15,742 nucleotides of DNA from Bdellovibrionales bacterium (GCA_050250255.1 JBFWOZ010000057.1:1-15742); one strand, 5' to 3'; positions 7,550-15,742 are shown, numbered from the stretch's first letter. Numbers and translations are program-made. The notes: generated by a model from the sequence alone, not told the origin.

Positions 7550-8773
7550 ATGAAATTGCTTTGCCGTATTGCTTTTATTGGTCTTTTTTCTTTTGCTGCT
7601 CAGGCGAACGCTCCGGCGGGAGCTCGTCTTTATATGATTTCACAAACAAATCTAAAAATTTCTAAAGGAACGATTGCACCTAAGGTTGTAGAAACCAGCG
7701 CGGAACACGCCATCGTGCAGTTAACTGCCGTAGAAGTTACCAAATTGTCTCATCACTTTCATGAAGAGATAAATATTTGTGGTGGCTATATCGATATCAC
7801 TGATGAGTTTGCACGTTCGAAAAAAGATATGAAATCTTTCTTGGCTGATGAAGCGCGTATTCCGGTGGCGACTTTTGATAAAACAGAGCCGACTTTTCCT
7901 GAACAAGTAAAAATGGCGCTTACAAAGTTTGATAAAACTCGTTACTGGAGCTTCTTAACCCAACTCAGTGCGCTTCCAAATAGAAACGGAAAAACTCCAG
8001 AAGGTGCACGTGCGGCTCAGCTTCTCGGCGATCACGCATTGAAAATCGCGAGTGACTTGGGTCGTACGGATGTAACGGTAAAATACATTCCAACACCAGG
8101 TTATCTGCAGCCTTCGACTCTCATAAAAGTTGCAGGTAAAAATCCTGCTCTTCCTGCGACTCTGATGGGCGCTCATATGGATACAATCAATAGTAAGATC
8201 TTTGGAAGTCGATTAGAGCCAGGAGCCGATGACGATGGAACTGGAACTTCAACGGTGATGGAAGTTTATCATGCCGTTTTATCCAGCAGATTAAAGTTTG
8301 ATCGTGATATGTATTTTGCATTTTACGCAGCCGAAGAACATGGCTTGATCGGATCAGGAGTCATGGCGCGTGCATTCGTGGCAGAAGGTATAAAAGTTCG
8401 CGGTGTCCTTCAGTTTGATATGACTGGCTACAAAGCACCGCAAGATATTCTTCAAATTTATTTCATCAACGATAACGTCGACCCTGCGATGACCACTTTC
8501 TTGAAAAAGTTAACGGTGAATTACGTGGGTATTCCGATGGATCAAATTGGTGACGACAAATGTGGATATGCCTGCAGCGACCACGCTCAGTGGCAGCGTA
8601 ATGGTTATCCCGCGGCTTTCCCATTTGAATCGAGTTTTAGAAATGATAACAAAGCGATTCATTCGGCGACTGACCTCATGAACATTTTAGATGTGGAGCA
8701 CTCCTCGAAGTACGCAAAGCTGGGAATTGCTTTTGCAGTTGAAACGGCAGATCCGCTTCCTGTTCGTAAGTAA
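7550..8773 (+). CDS. Secreted M28-family (bacterial leucyl) aminopeptidase
   Basis: Signal peptide; metal-ligand motifs GAHMD, GADDDGTG, AAEEHGLIGS, QFDMTGY, CGYACSDH and IHS. Confidence 0.92.
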   Translation: MKLLCRIAFIGLFSFAAQANAPAGARLYMISQTNLKISKGTIAPKVVETSAEHAIVQLTAVEVTKLSHHFHEEINICGGYIDITDEFARSKKDMKSFLADEARIPVATFDKTEPTFPEQVKMALTKFDKTRYWSFLTQLSALPNRNGKTPEGARAAQLLGDHALKIASDLGRTDVTVKYIPTPGYLQPSTLIKVAGKNPALPATLMGAHMDTINSKIFGSRLEPGADDDGTGTSTVMEVYHAVLSSRLKFDRDMYFAFYAAEEHGLIGSGVMARAFVAEGIKVRGVLQFDMTGYKAPQDILQIYFINDNVDPAMTTFLKKLTVNYVGIPMDQIGDDKCGYACSDHAQWQRNGYPAAFPFESSFRNDNKAIHSATDLMNILDVEHSSKYAKLGIAFAVETADPLPVRK

Positions 8774-8797
8774 TCCGAAAAATTGAAATAAAAAATT

Positions 8798-8820
8798 GGG
8801 GGACGGAGTCCGCGTCCCCT
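8798..8820 (+). repeat. REP-like hairpin, left copy
   Basis: GGGGACG (8799-8805)-GAGTCCG-CGTCCCC (8813-8819). Confidence 0.75.
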
Positions 8821-8902
8821 CCGATTTTAGGTTTACTTGTGCGTAGGTGTCCATTAATCCACATCTCACCTAGGCTCTAATTTCGCAAAGCTTTGCATTC
8901 CT

Positions 8903-9604
8903 ATGAGAATCCCTAGATCCATTCAATTATTCCCTTCAGAAGGACTAGTACATCAATTTTGGCGCTGCCATAATAAGGAACATTATTTAAATTCCTCTGA
9001 AATGAAGTCCCTCTACCTTCAAAGTTTAAAAGATGCTCTCAAGACACATAATAAAGAAAGCGCGCTAGAGATCCATGCCTACACTTGTATGGATAATCAC
9101 TTCCACAATCTTATGAATTATCTCAAAGAAAGCTCAAAACTTTCTTCTTTTTTAAGACAAGCCCACGCTTTGTTTGGCTCAAGGTATAATAGAATTCATA
9201 AAAGATCTGGCAAAGTCGCTGAAGGTAGACCTAAAACTTCTTTAATTGAAAATACTGATCATCAGATGAGAGTGCATTTTTATATAGAAGCTAATCCCTT
9301 AAGGGCCGGAAAATGCACTGAGAAGCAATTAAGAGCTTATAAATATTCAAGTTACAGGTTCTATGCTTACGGGATAGAAGATGAATTTACCGATATCTTA
9401 ACGATTCCTGATTGGTATATAGCTTTAGGAAGCACACCTCAAGAAAGGCAGGCCAAATACCGAAATCTTTTTCAAGAGTATTTAAAAGACACGAACTTTA
9501 CAAACTTCTTTGCTCCTTTTATTGGTTCCCCCATATGGGTGTTAAAAACTCAGCAAACTGTCATTGAGCAAGTCAAAGAAGCCGCCCTTATCTCTTCAGC
9601 TTGA
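8903..9604 (+). CDS. REP-associated tyrosine transposase (RAYT / TnpA-REP, Y1 HUH superfamily)
   Basis: HAYTCMDNHFH (HUH), RYNRIHKRSG..EGR, YIEANPLRAG (catalytic Tyr + NP), YKYSSY. Confidence 0.9.
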   Translation: MRIPRSIQLFPSEGLVHQFWRCHNKEHYLNSSEMKSLYLQSLKDALKTHNKESALEIHAYTCMDNHFHNLMNYLKESSKLSSFLRQAHALFGSRYNRIHKRSGKVAEGRPKTSLIENTDHQMRVHFYIEANPLRAGKCTEKQLRAYKYSSYRFYAYGIEDEFTDILTIPDWYIALGSTPQERQAKYRNLFQEYLKDTNFTNFFAPFIGSPIWVLKTQQTVIEQVKEAALISSA

Positions 9605-9834
9605 AGCAAAAAATGAAAAACATTTTATTAAATAAAACGGTTTTTTATCTAAGTCGCTGGCAGATGTATGACTAAAATTCGAAAAATGTCTAACAGTTGC
9701 TGAGAGCGTCCGTCATCGATATTTAAAAAATAAAAATAAGGTCTTTTACAGATTTCTTGAACAAGAACTGCTTAAAAAATCGATAAAACCAATGATGCTA
9801 AACAGTTTGCTTCTAAAATGTCTCTGACTCCAAT

Positions 9835-9852
9835 GGGATAAGCTCCGTCCCC
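9835..9852 (-). repeat. REP-like hairpin, right (degenerate, inverted) copy
   Basis: The minus strand reads GGGGACGGAGCTTATCCC, sharing its first 10 nt with the left copy; imperfect stem 9835-9839/9847-9851. Confidence 0.65.
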
Positions 9853-9885
9853 TGAGCTTCTGACAAATTTAGGCCTTCAAAAGAC

Positions 9886-9910
9886 CTGATCGAAGGTCTG
9901 ATCGAAGGTC
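9886..9910. repeat. 12-bp tandem duplication (CTGATCGAAGGT x2)
   Basis: Exact copies at 9886-9897 and 9898-9909, plus one further matching base. Confidence 0.85.
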
Positions 9911-9958
9911 CAGTTAACTCAGGCTGAAAGTACTCCGATGTAGAAGTTGGAGTACACC

Positions 9959-10480
9959 ATGAAAAAGATTGAAGTAAAGAATGTAAATCGTCACTTACTC
10001 GTTGTTTTCACAATGCTTTTCTTCTGTTCTCTTGCTTGGAGTTTTGAGATTGACCTCTCAAGACGCCGTAAGAAAGTAGAGAAGCAAGAAGTGGCCCAGC
10101 CGGTGAACCAAGTGAAAACTGCGGAGCCTCGTCAGGTTCTGACGAATCTTTTTAGCTCTACCAGTGATGAGCCTAAGCAAGAAATTGTAGTCTTAAATAC
10201 CGAAAAGGGTTTTGTGCCTGCGAAGCTTGCGATGAGAAAAGGTGTACGTTACCAAATTCACGTTGTGAATGTGAATACTAAAGAAAAAAATGTGAGCTTC
10301 ATTATGGATGCTTTTTCTGAGCACCATTCTACTTACTACGGTGTGATTAAAACTTTCGAAGTAAAACCAGCGCAAGAAGGAGTTTACTCTTTCTACTGTC
10401 CAGAAACTTCTTACGAAGGCAAAGTTGTTGTGATTGGTAGTGAGCCACAAAGATTCCTCTCTTCTGACGAGCAAAAGTAA
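9959..10480 (+). CDS. Exported cupredoxin-fold protein
   Basis: ATG 9959 after GGAG; signal/TM segment; GFVPAKLAMRKG and GVYSFYCPETSYEGKVVV are cupredoxin-like strands. Confidence 0.75.
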   Translation: MKKIEVKNVNRHLLVVFTMLFFCSLAWSFEIDLSRRRKKVEKQEVAQPVNQVKTAEPRQVLTNLFSSTSDEPKQEIVVLNTEKGFVPAKLAMRKGVRYQIHVVNVNTKEKNVSFIMDAFSEHHSTYYGVIKTFEVKPAQEGVYSFYCPETSYEGKVVVIGSEPQRFLSSDEQK

Positions 10481-10481
10481 A

Positions 10482-11591
10482 ATGAGTCAGAATGGCGGCC
10501 AAAATTTTGAGGAGACCCAGCCCGGAATGGGAGTTTTTGAAGCGGCCATCACCAATTTTTTGGGGCCGATTCTCGCCTTTTTAAAAGACCCAGAAATTTC
10601 CGAAATTCTTATCAACGGTCCCAAAGAAATTTTCATTGAAAAACAAGGTAAGCTTCAAAAAACGACAGCGCAATTCGCCGACGAAGATTCTTTGCAAGCC
10701 GCCGTGAACAACATTGCTCAAAGCGTAGGTCGTCGTATTACGACACTTGAACCAACGCTCGATGCGCGCCTCCCTGACGGCTCAAGAATTCATGCAGTTT
10801 TGCCACCCTGCGCTCGTAACGGAACGATCGTGAGCGTGAGAAAATTTTTAAAAACTCACATGACGTTTAAAGATTACGTTGCGCGCGGATCGATTTCAAA
10901 AGACGGTGCGCAATTTCTTGATATCTCCATGTTCCTTGGAAAAAACATTCTTGTAAGTGGAGGGACCGGCTCGGGGAAAACCACCTTGCTCGGACTCCTC
11001 TGTAATCGCATTCCAAAAAATCAGCGCATTATCGTGATTGAAGATGCGAGCGAATTAACGATTGAGCATGAGCATGTGGTGAGATTTGAAACGCGCATGG
11101 CAAACGCTCAAGGCGAAGGCGAAGTGAGCATGCGAGATCTTTTAAAAAGCAGTCTTCGTTTGAGACCAGATCGTATTATTCTTGGTGAAGTAAGAAGTGC
11201 GGAAGCGCTTGAGCTCATCAGTGCGATGAATACGGGCCATAAAGGGTGTTTGGGAACGATTCACTCCAATTCGCCAGCAGATGCCCTCATTCGTTTAGAA
11301 GCGCTCGCTATGGGCGGAGAGAGCCGTATGAGTGAGCGGGCGGTCCAACAACAAATTGGTTCTGCGGTTCAAATGGTCATCCAAATTAATCGCCAACATG
11401 ACGGCAGTAGACGCATTGCGGCCATAGCCGAGGTTCGAGGCTGTAAAAATGGAGTTTATGAAACTGTGAACATTTTTGAAGCGACCCTTTCGGGAGAATT
11501 AAAACCAACAGGGGAAATGCCTAGTTTTGTGGACGAAATTGAATCCCACAACATTCCTTTTCCGCGCTCGAAGTTTCAATCTGCAGCTTAA
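10482..11591 (+). CDS. cpaF: TadA/CpaF-family pilus assembly ATPase
   Basis: ATG 10482 lies 1 nt after the previous stop. Motifs: ISEILINGP, DARLPDGSRIH, Walker A GGTGSGKT, IED, LRLRPDRIILGEVR, MNTGH and TIHSNS. Confidence 0.92.
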   Translation: MSQNGGQNFEETQPGMGVFEAAITNFLGPILAFLKDPEISEILINGPKEIFIEKQGKLQKTTAQFADEDSLQAAVNNIAQSVGRRITTLEPTLDARLPDGSRIHAVLPPCARNGTIVSVRKFLKTHMTFKDYVARGSISKDGAQFLDISMFLGKNILVSGGTGSGKTTLLGLLCNRIPKNQRIIVIEDASELTIEHEHVVRFETRMANAQGEGEVSMRDLLKSSLRLRPDRIILGEVRSAEALELISAMNTGHKGCLGTIHSNSPADALIRLEALAMGGESRMSERAVQQQIGSAVQMVIQINRQHDGSRRIAAIAEVRGCKNGVYETVNIFEATLSGELKPTGEMPSFVDEIESHNIPFPRSKFQSAA

Positions 11592-11679
11592 CGCTCGCAG
11601 TCAGACGCTCCGTGATTAAAGCCACACTTAAGACTTTCCTCAGAGTTCTTGTCTTCTCGTCGGATTCAGATAAAAACGT

Positions 11680-12747
11680 GTGACCGTGTTTTTTAGCAGC
11701 AAGATCTCTAATTCCATTCTTACGTATTTTGAACGCGAAGGCCTGTCACAGGAGTTTGTTTACAATCAAACTCATTGGCCCGTGGAGTTTCTTAAAGATC
11801 CATCTTGTTGGTTAGAGGCCGATACGCTTGAAGACTTTCTCAAGCACGCTGAAAAAGAAGCCGGAGATATCGAAAAAATTGGTCTCATGACACCAAAACT
11901 TCATGCTTGGGGACCACTCGATAGCGTTCTTCGATTAATGGGTCGACCGCAAGATATCCTTTCGCAACCCGATCGTTTTCTTTCCTATTTTATTTCGCCT
12001 CCGCCGCCGATTGATCTCATCGATCGGGCAGAGGAGTCCATCACGTTTCGTCTGCCTATTTCCAGCGAAGAATATCCGATGACGACACGTTTTTTAAAAG
12101 GAGCTTTTGAAGCTTTGCCGGTTTACGCAGGTAAGCCTCACGCGGCCTCGAGTTGGAAAGACAATACCATCGTCATCACGTGGAGTACTCAGCAAGAAAA
12201 TCTCATCGCAGATTCAGAGTCGCAAAACGTGAATCCTAATCTCATTACTTCGCTGATGTCGGCACTTGAAAACAGCCAAAAAGAATTAGGCGAAAAACAA
12301 AAAGAATTACTTCTGAAAACTCAAGAAATTGAAAAACTGAAGAAACAATATCTTGGAATTGTTTGTGTGGGTGAGCAGACGGAGAATCTGCAGGATCTCG
12401 CCAATCTTTCAGAGCTCATGACTCGCGAGCTGGATCATTCACTCGCTCAGGTGGTTCATCAAGTCGCCAGGTTACAAGATTACTTAGTGAGATCTCAACA
12501 GCTCGTTACTGTTTTTTCTAGCCAGGTTTCAACACCGGCGCGTGTGCAACAAGCGCTAAAAAAAGTAGATTGGGAAAATGTCACAAAACAAACACCACAC
12601 GTGGTTCGTGAGGCCACGGAGCGAATTCAAAAAATTCAACGAATGGCTTCTGAGTTTTTGAGTGCTGTTCGTACGTCAAAAGATAAAAAAGAATTTTCCT
12701 CTAAGACCCATTCTACGGAGGATAACCTCCAATTCCCTTTGCAATAA
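11680..12747 (+). CDS. Hypothetical protein: putative N-terminal sensor-like domain plus coiled coil, possibly a degenerate histidine-kinase dimerisation region
   Basis: A 355-aa ORF with GTG start filling the gap between cpaF and eno; clear coiled coil (LENSQKELGEKQKELLLKTQEIEKLKK). Domain calls are by eye only. Confidence 0.7.
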   Translation: MTVFFSSKISNSILTYFEREGLSQEFVYNQTHWPVEFLKDPSCWLEADTLEDFLKHAEKEAGDIEKIGLMTPKLHAWGPLDSVLRLMGRPQDILSQPDRFLSYFISPPPPIDLIDRAEESITFRLPISSEEYPMTTRFLKGAFEALPVYAGKPHAASSWKDNTIVITWSTQQENLIADSESQNVNPNLITSLMSALENSQKELGEKQKELLLKTQEIEKLKKQYLGIVCVGEQTENLQDLANLSELMTRELDHSLAQVVHQVARLQDYLVRSQQLVTVFSSQVSTPARVQQALKKVDWENVTKQTPHVVREATERIQKIQRMASEFLSAVRTSKDKKEFSSKTHSTEDNLQFPLQ

Positions 12748-12756
12748 GGAGTCATC

Positions 12757-14028
12757 ATGTCGGAAATCAAAGAAGTTCGAGCGCGAGAAATTTTAGATAG
12801 TCGAGGAAATCCCACGGTAGAGGTCGAGATCTTTACAAGTGGTGGACACATGGGGCGCGCGGCCGTTCCTTCAGGAGCGTCGACGGGAGCCCATGAAGCT
12901 CATGAACTGCGAGATGGTGATAAGAGCCGATATCTCGGCAAAGGTGTGCAAAAAGCCGTCGATCACGTTCGCACACAAATTGGTCCAAAGTTGAAGGGGC
13001 GCGCACTTGGGGATCAAAAATCTTTGGATACATGGCTTTGCGAATTGGACGGAACGGCGACTAAATCTCGTTTGGGCGCGAACGCACTACTTGGAGTTTC
13101 GCTGGCCTACGCGCGAGCTTCGGCCCTTGAAAACCGTAAGCCCCTTTACCAGTGGGTGGCTCAACACATTTCACATACTCAAAAATTTCAGCTTCCCGTC
13201 CCACTCATGAACGTTCTTAACGGTGGCGCACATGCTGATAACGGAGTTGATGTTCAAGAGTTTATGATTGTGCCTGTTGTGGGTTCTAAATTTTCAGAAT
13301 CTCTTCGTGCAGGAGCTGAGGTGTTTCACTCGCTTAAGAAAATTTTAAAGGCTAAAGGCTTATCGACGGGTGTTGGTGATGAGGGTGGAGTAGCTCCTGC
13401 TCTTAAAAGCAATCGTGAAGCCTTGGATCTCATATGTAAAGCGATCGAAGAGGTTGGCTACAAATTAGGAAAAGACATTCATTTGGCTCTCGATGTGGCT
13501 GCGACCGAACTCTATAAAAATGATCAGTACACTTGGGAAGAAAAACAAATCACCCGTGAAAAACTACTTTCAATCTATGGCGAATGGATGGAGGCCTATC
13601 CTCTCGTGAGTATTGAAGATGGTTTTTCCGAAGACGATTGGGACGGCTGGGCTCAGATCACGAAAAAATATGGTTCAAAGCTTCAGATTGTTGGCGATGA
13701 TTTATTCGTAACCAACCCTCAGCGGATCGAAGAGGGAATTAAAAAAGGTACCGCCAACGCACTTCTCGTAAAATGTAACCAAATCGGAACTCTCACCGAA
13801 ACATGGAATGCCATTGCAAAAGCCAGATCGGCGAAATTCAAAACGGTGATGTCTCATCGTAGTGGTGAAACAGAAGATGCGATCATCAGCGACCTTGCTG
13901 TGGGAATGGGCTGTGAGCAGATCAAAACCGGAAGCCTTTGTCGGGGAGAACGTACGGCGAAATACAACCAGCTTCTTCGTATCGAAGAGGAGTTGGGTTC
14001 CGCGGCCTCTTATCCTTCAACTTTCTGA
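12757..14028 (+). CDS. eno: Enolase (phosphopyruvate hydratase)
   Basis: [80 protein letters not shown]. Confidence 0.99.
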   Translation: MSEIKEVRAREILDSRGNPTVEVEIFTSGGHMGRAAVPSGASTGAHEAHELRDGDKSRYLGKGVQKAVDHVRTQIGPKLKGRALGDQKSLDTWLCELDGTATKSRLGANALLGVSLAYARASALENRKPLYQWVAQHISHTQKFQLPVPLMNVLNGGAHADNGVDVQEFMIVPVVGSKFSESLRAGAEVFHSLKKILKAKGLSTGVGDEGGVAPALKSNREALDLICKAIEEVGYKLGKDIHLALDVAATELYKNDQYTWEEKQITREKLLSIYGEWMEAYPLVSIEDGFSEDDWDGWAQITKKYGSKLQIVGDDLFVTNPQRIEEGIKKGTANALLVKCNQIGTLTETWNAIAKARSAKFKTVMSHRSGETEDAIISDLAVGMGCEQIKTGSLCRGERTAKYNQLLRIEEELGSAASYPSTF

Positions 14029-14049
14029 GAAATTTCAGACAGAAATTGC

Positions 14050-14080
14050 AGGAAGTTTTTAAACTGAAAAAACTTCCTTT
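14050..14080 (+). terminator. Probable intrinsic terminator after eno
   Basis: 11-bp stem AGGAAGTTTTT (14050-14060)/AAAAACTTCCT (14068-14078) with a short T tail; the stem is AT-rich. Confidence 0.5.
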
Positions 14081-14189
14081 ATGACCAGAGATGTTGGTCT
14101 GCTTTCCTGGTCAAAAACAATCTATCTATTGAGCACCCAGGAACAAGCTTTGCACTTCCTACAGAAAACACTTTGTAGGAGTATGGGTT

Positions 14190-14510
14190 ATGTTTAAAAA
14201 ATCCTTCTTTTTTATGGTCACGGTTTTTCTTTTTACTCAACTTTCGTTGGCCCAAACGCCCCCGGAACCCATTGTGACAAATGGAAGAATCCTTGCCGAC
14301 GGCGGAGTGACTAAGGGAGGCCGTGATTTTGGAACTCTCCATTTGATGGAGGATGCCGCTCCAGTACTTTTTGATAAATTAGCCATTGTAGAAAAAGACG
14401 GCACGAAAACGCTGACTCTTATAGGTGCCGACGGAGGAGAGTTTAATATCGTGTGCTCTCGGATTGTTTGTATTATTGGTGCTGTTAGCAGCAAGCCTCG
14501 CGCGAAATAA
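14190..14510 (+). CDS. Small secreted hypothetical protein
   Basis: AGGAG upstream; classical signal peptide ending SLA; mature part has a C-x3-C pair near the C-terminus. Confidence 0.75.
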   Translation: MFKKSFFFMVTVFLFTQLSLAQTPPEPIVTNGRILADGGVTKGGRDFGTLHLMEDAAPVLFDKLAIVEKDGTKTLTLIGADGGEFNIVCSRIVCIIGAVSSKPRAK

Positions 14511-14603
14511 GAACCCCCGGAGATTCACTCCTAGAGCCCAATTAGGGCACCGACGTTAGCTTCTCAACACCTCCCCTCTTCTCAAATCGCAATAAATGCT
14601 TAC

Positions 14604-14624
14604 CAAGGGCTTCCTAAGCCCTTG
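14604..14624. repeat. Perfect 9-bp inverted repeat abutting the sigma54 motif
   Basis: CAAGGGCTT-CCT-AAGCCCTTG. Confidence 0.6.
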
Positions 14625-14629
14625 AAAAG

Positions 14630-14645
14630 AGGCATAAGCCTTGCT
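14630..14645 (+). promoter_or_regulatory. Sigma54 (RpoN) -24/-12 promoter
   Basis: AGGCATAAGCCTTGCT: GG (14631-14632)-N10-GC (14643-14644), close to consensus TGGCAC-N5-TTGC; 40 nt upstream of the next ATG. Confidence 0.65.
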
Positions 14646-14684
14646 CCTTTCGTCTATATCGCGACGGATGTCGACGGAGGAAAC

Positions 14685-15742
14685 ATGAAATCATTGTATA
14701 TAATGACAGCTTTTGTGCTTGTGGCAGGTTTGTCGAGCTCATCCTTTGCAGCTCCCTCAAGCGCTAAAAGGAAGGCGAACCTTCAGGTACAAATGAAGAA
14801 AACGAAGAAGTTCGCAAAGAAGCCTTCGAAAGCTCTTCCTCAAAAAATATCAAAGGCAGAAACGCTTCCTCCAGCACCTGCGTATATTCCCTCAGTCACA
14901 TCAACAACGGTGAATGCGTCCAAAACGAATCTTCGAGCCGTAAAGGCGGAGGTCACTCCTAAGAGATGGGGTCTACTCGTTGACTCTTGGAACGAAGCCG
15001 CTGCGGGAAATTTAAACCGTGCGAGTGCGGATGAAGATGTTGAGCAGGTGAGCACTAACTATATGTTGATTCGCCCGTCTTATAAAATCACCGATACTTT
15101 AAGCACAGCCTTAGGGTTCGAGTTTTACCATACTTACGCGACTCACAAATCTCCGCAAAAAGCGGAAGTGACAGACCCTTATCTTCAATTGGCTCATACA
15201 AACCTTGGTACTTTAGATATCTTAAAAACGAAAGGTTACTTTCGCTATTACGCTCCACTCAGTATTGCGAGTCAGGATCCTCACTCGGGAAGATACGGAA
15301 TGTTTAGAGCGCAATATAATGTGATTGCACCTGTTTCGAAGGTGTTTACTTTCAGTTACAACCTTGAGCCGCGCTATTACTTACAAAAAGGTCTCTCTTA
15401 CGAAAAACGACCTGGTTTCAGCGACTACGTTGTGACGGAGCAAGCGCGTGTTAAACATTGGCTTGGAATCAGTGCGGCGGCCGGCGCTCTCGAAATTTAT
15501 CACAATACGGGGATGACCAGTCAGTTCTATAACGAAGACGAAGACCCTTCAACGGGCCTTCGAGCGACAGCGGATCAAAAAAATATTCTCTATTTAGAGA
15601 CAGGTTTAGTCTATGGCCTTACGGATTATTTTACGATGGGCGTAGGGATATATACAGAGTCCCGAGACCTTACGAAAAAACCTGATGTCAGCCTTTACCG
15701 AGATGACGAAAGTTACTACTTTTTAGATCTTACTCTCGCTAT
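14685..15742 (+). CDS. Outer-membrane beta-barrel (porin-like) protein, 3'-partial; absent from the supplied ORF track
   Basis: GGAGG (14676-14680) then ATG, open for 352 codons to the window edge. Signal peptide MKSLYIMTAFVLVAGLSSSSFA, Lys/Pro-rich linker, then aromatic amphipathic strands (IRPSYKIT, GYFRYYAP, FTFSYNLEPRYY, YLETGLVYGL, YYFLDLTLA). Confidence 0.85.
   Translation, partial: MKSLYIMTAFVLVAGLSSSSFAAPSSAKRKANLQVQMKKTKKFAKKPSKALPQKISKAETLPPAPAYIPSVTSTTVNASKTNLRAVKAEVTPKRWGLLVDSWNEAAAGNLNRASADEDVEQVSTNYMLIRPSYKITDTLSTALGFEFYHTYATHKSPQKAEVTDPYLQLAHTNLGTLDILKTKGYFRYYAPLSIASQDPHSGRYGMFRAQYNVIAPVSKVFTFSYNLEPRYYLQKGLSYEKRPGFSDYVVTEQARVKHWLGISAAAGALEIYHNTGMTSQFYNEDEDPSTGLRATADQKNILYLETGLVYGLTDYFTMGVGIYTESRDLTKKPDVSLYRDDESYYFLDLTLA

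Larger units (their letters stand above)
8798..9852 (+). mobile_element. REPtron-like unit: RAYT gene flanked by inverted REP-like hairpins
   Basis: GGGGACGGAG (8799-8808) and its exact reverse complement CTCCGTCCCC (9843-9852) bracket a visibly AT-rich segment carrying the HUH transposase. Confidence 0.7.

Noticed and set aside
10434..10481. Upstream start for cpaF
   Set aside because: It overlaps the cupredoxin gene; ATG 10482 directly follows that stop codon.
1371..15055. Short 60-102 aa alternative-frame and antisense ORFs in the track
   Set aside because: They overlap well-supported genes and show no recognisable motifs, so they are treated as shadow ORFs.
1..15742. CRISPR array, tRNA or rRNA genes
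   Set aside because: No regularly spaced repeats, cloverleaf signatures or rRNA-like sequence were seen.

Overview
This 15.7-kb window is most likely from a Bdellovibrionota-like predatory bacterium (inferred from gene content: several secreted peptidases, PilZ, orphan TadA/CpaF, a Bdellovibrio-style beta-barrel, sigma28/sigma54 motifs). Gene order: S8 protease (+); a minus-strand block of TonB-type protein, small OMP and HEXXH lipoprotein aminopeptidase; then PilZ, PIN-PhoH, M28 aminopeptidase, a RAYT-like HUH transposase bracketed by GGGGAC hairpins, cupredoxin-like protein, TadA/CpaF ATPase, a possibly degenerate sensor-kinase-like protein, enolase, a small secreted protein and a partial outer-membrane beta-barrel missing from the ORF track. 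The most striking signal is at the left edge and is invisible to the ORF track. A minus-strand gene starts GGAGG-N7-ATG and reads MYFGLD, resembling the IS110 DEDD recombinase N-terminus. It is preceded by a ~200-nt structured non-coding region with two stem/internal-loop/hairpin modules, whose loop sequences match opposite strands of the putative element end (271-290). This is a candidate IS110 bridge RNA. All folds were derived by eye, and only six codons of the recombinase are visible.
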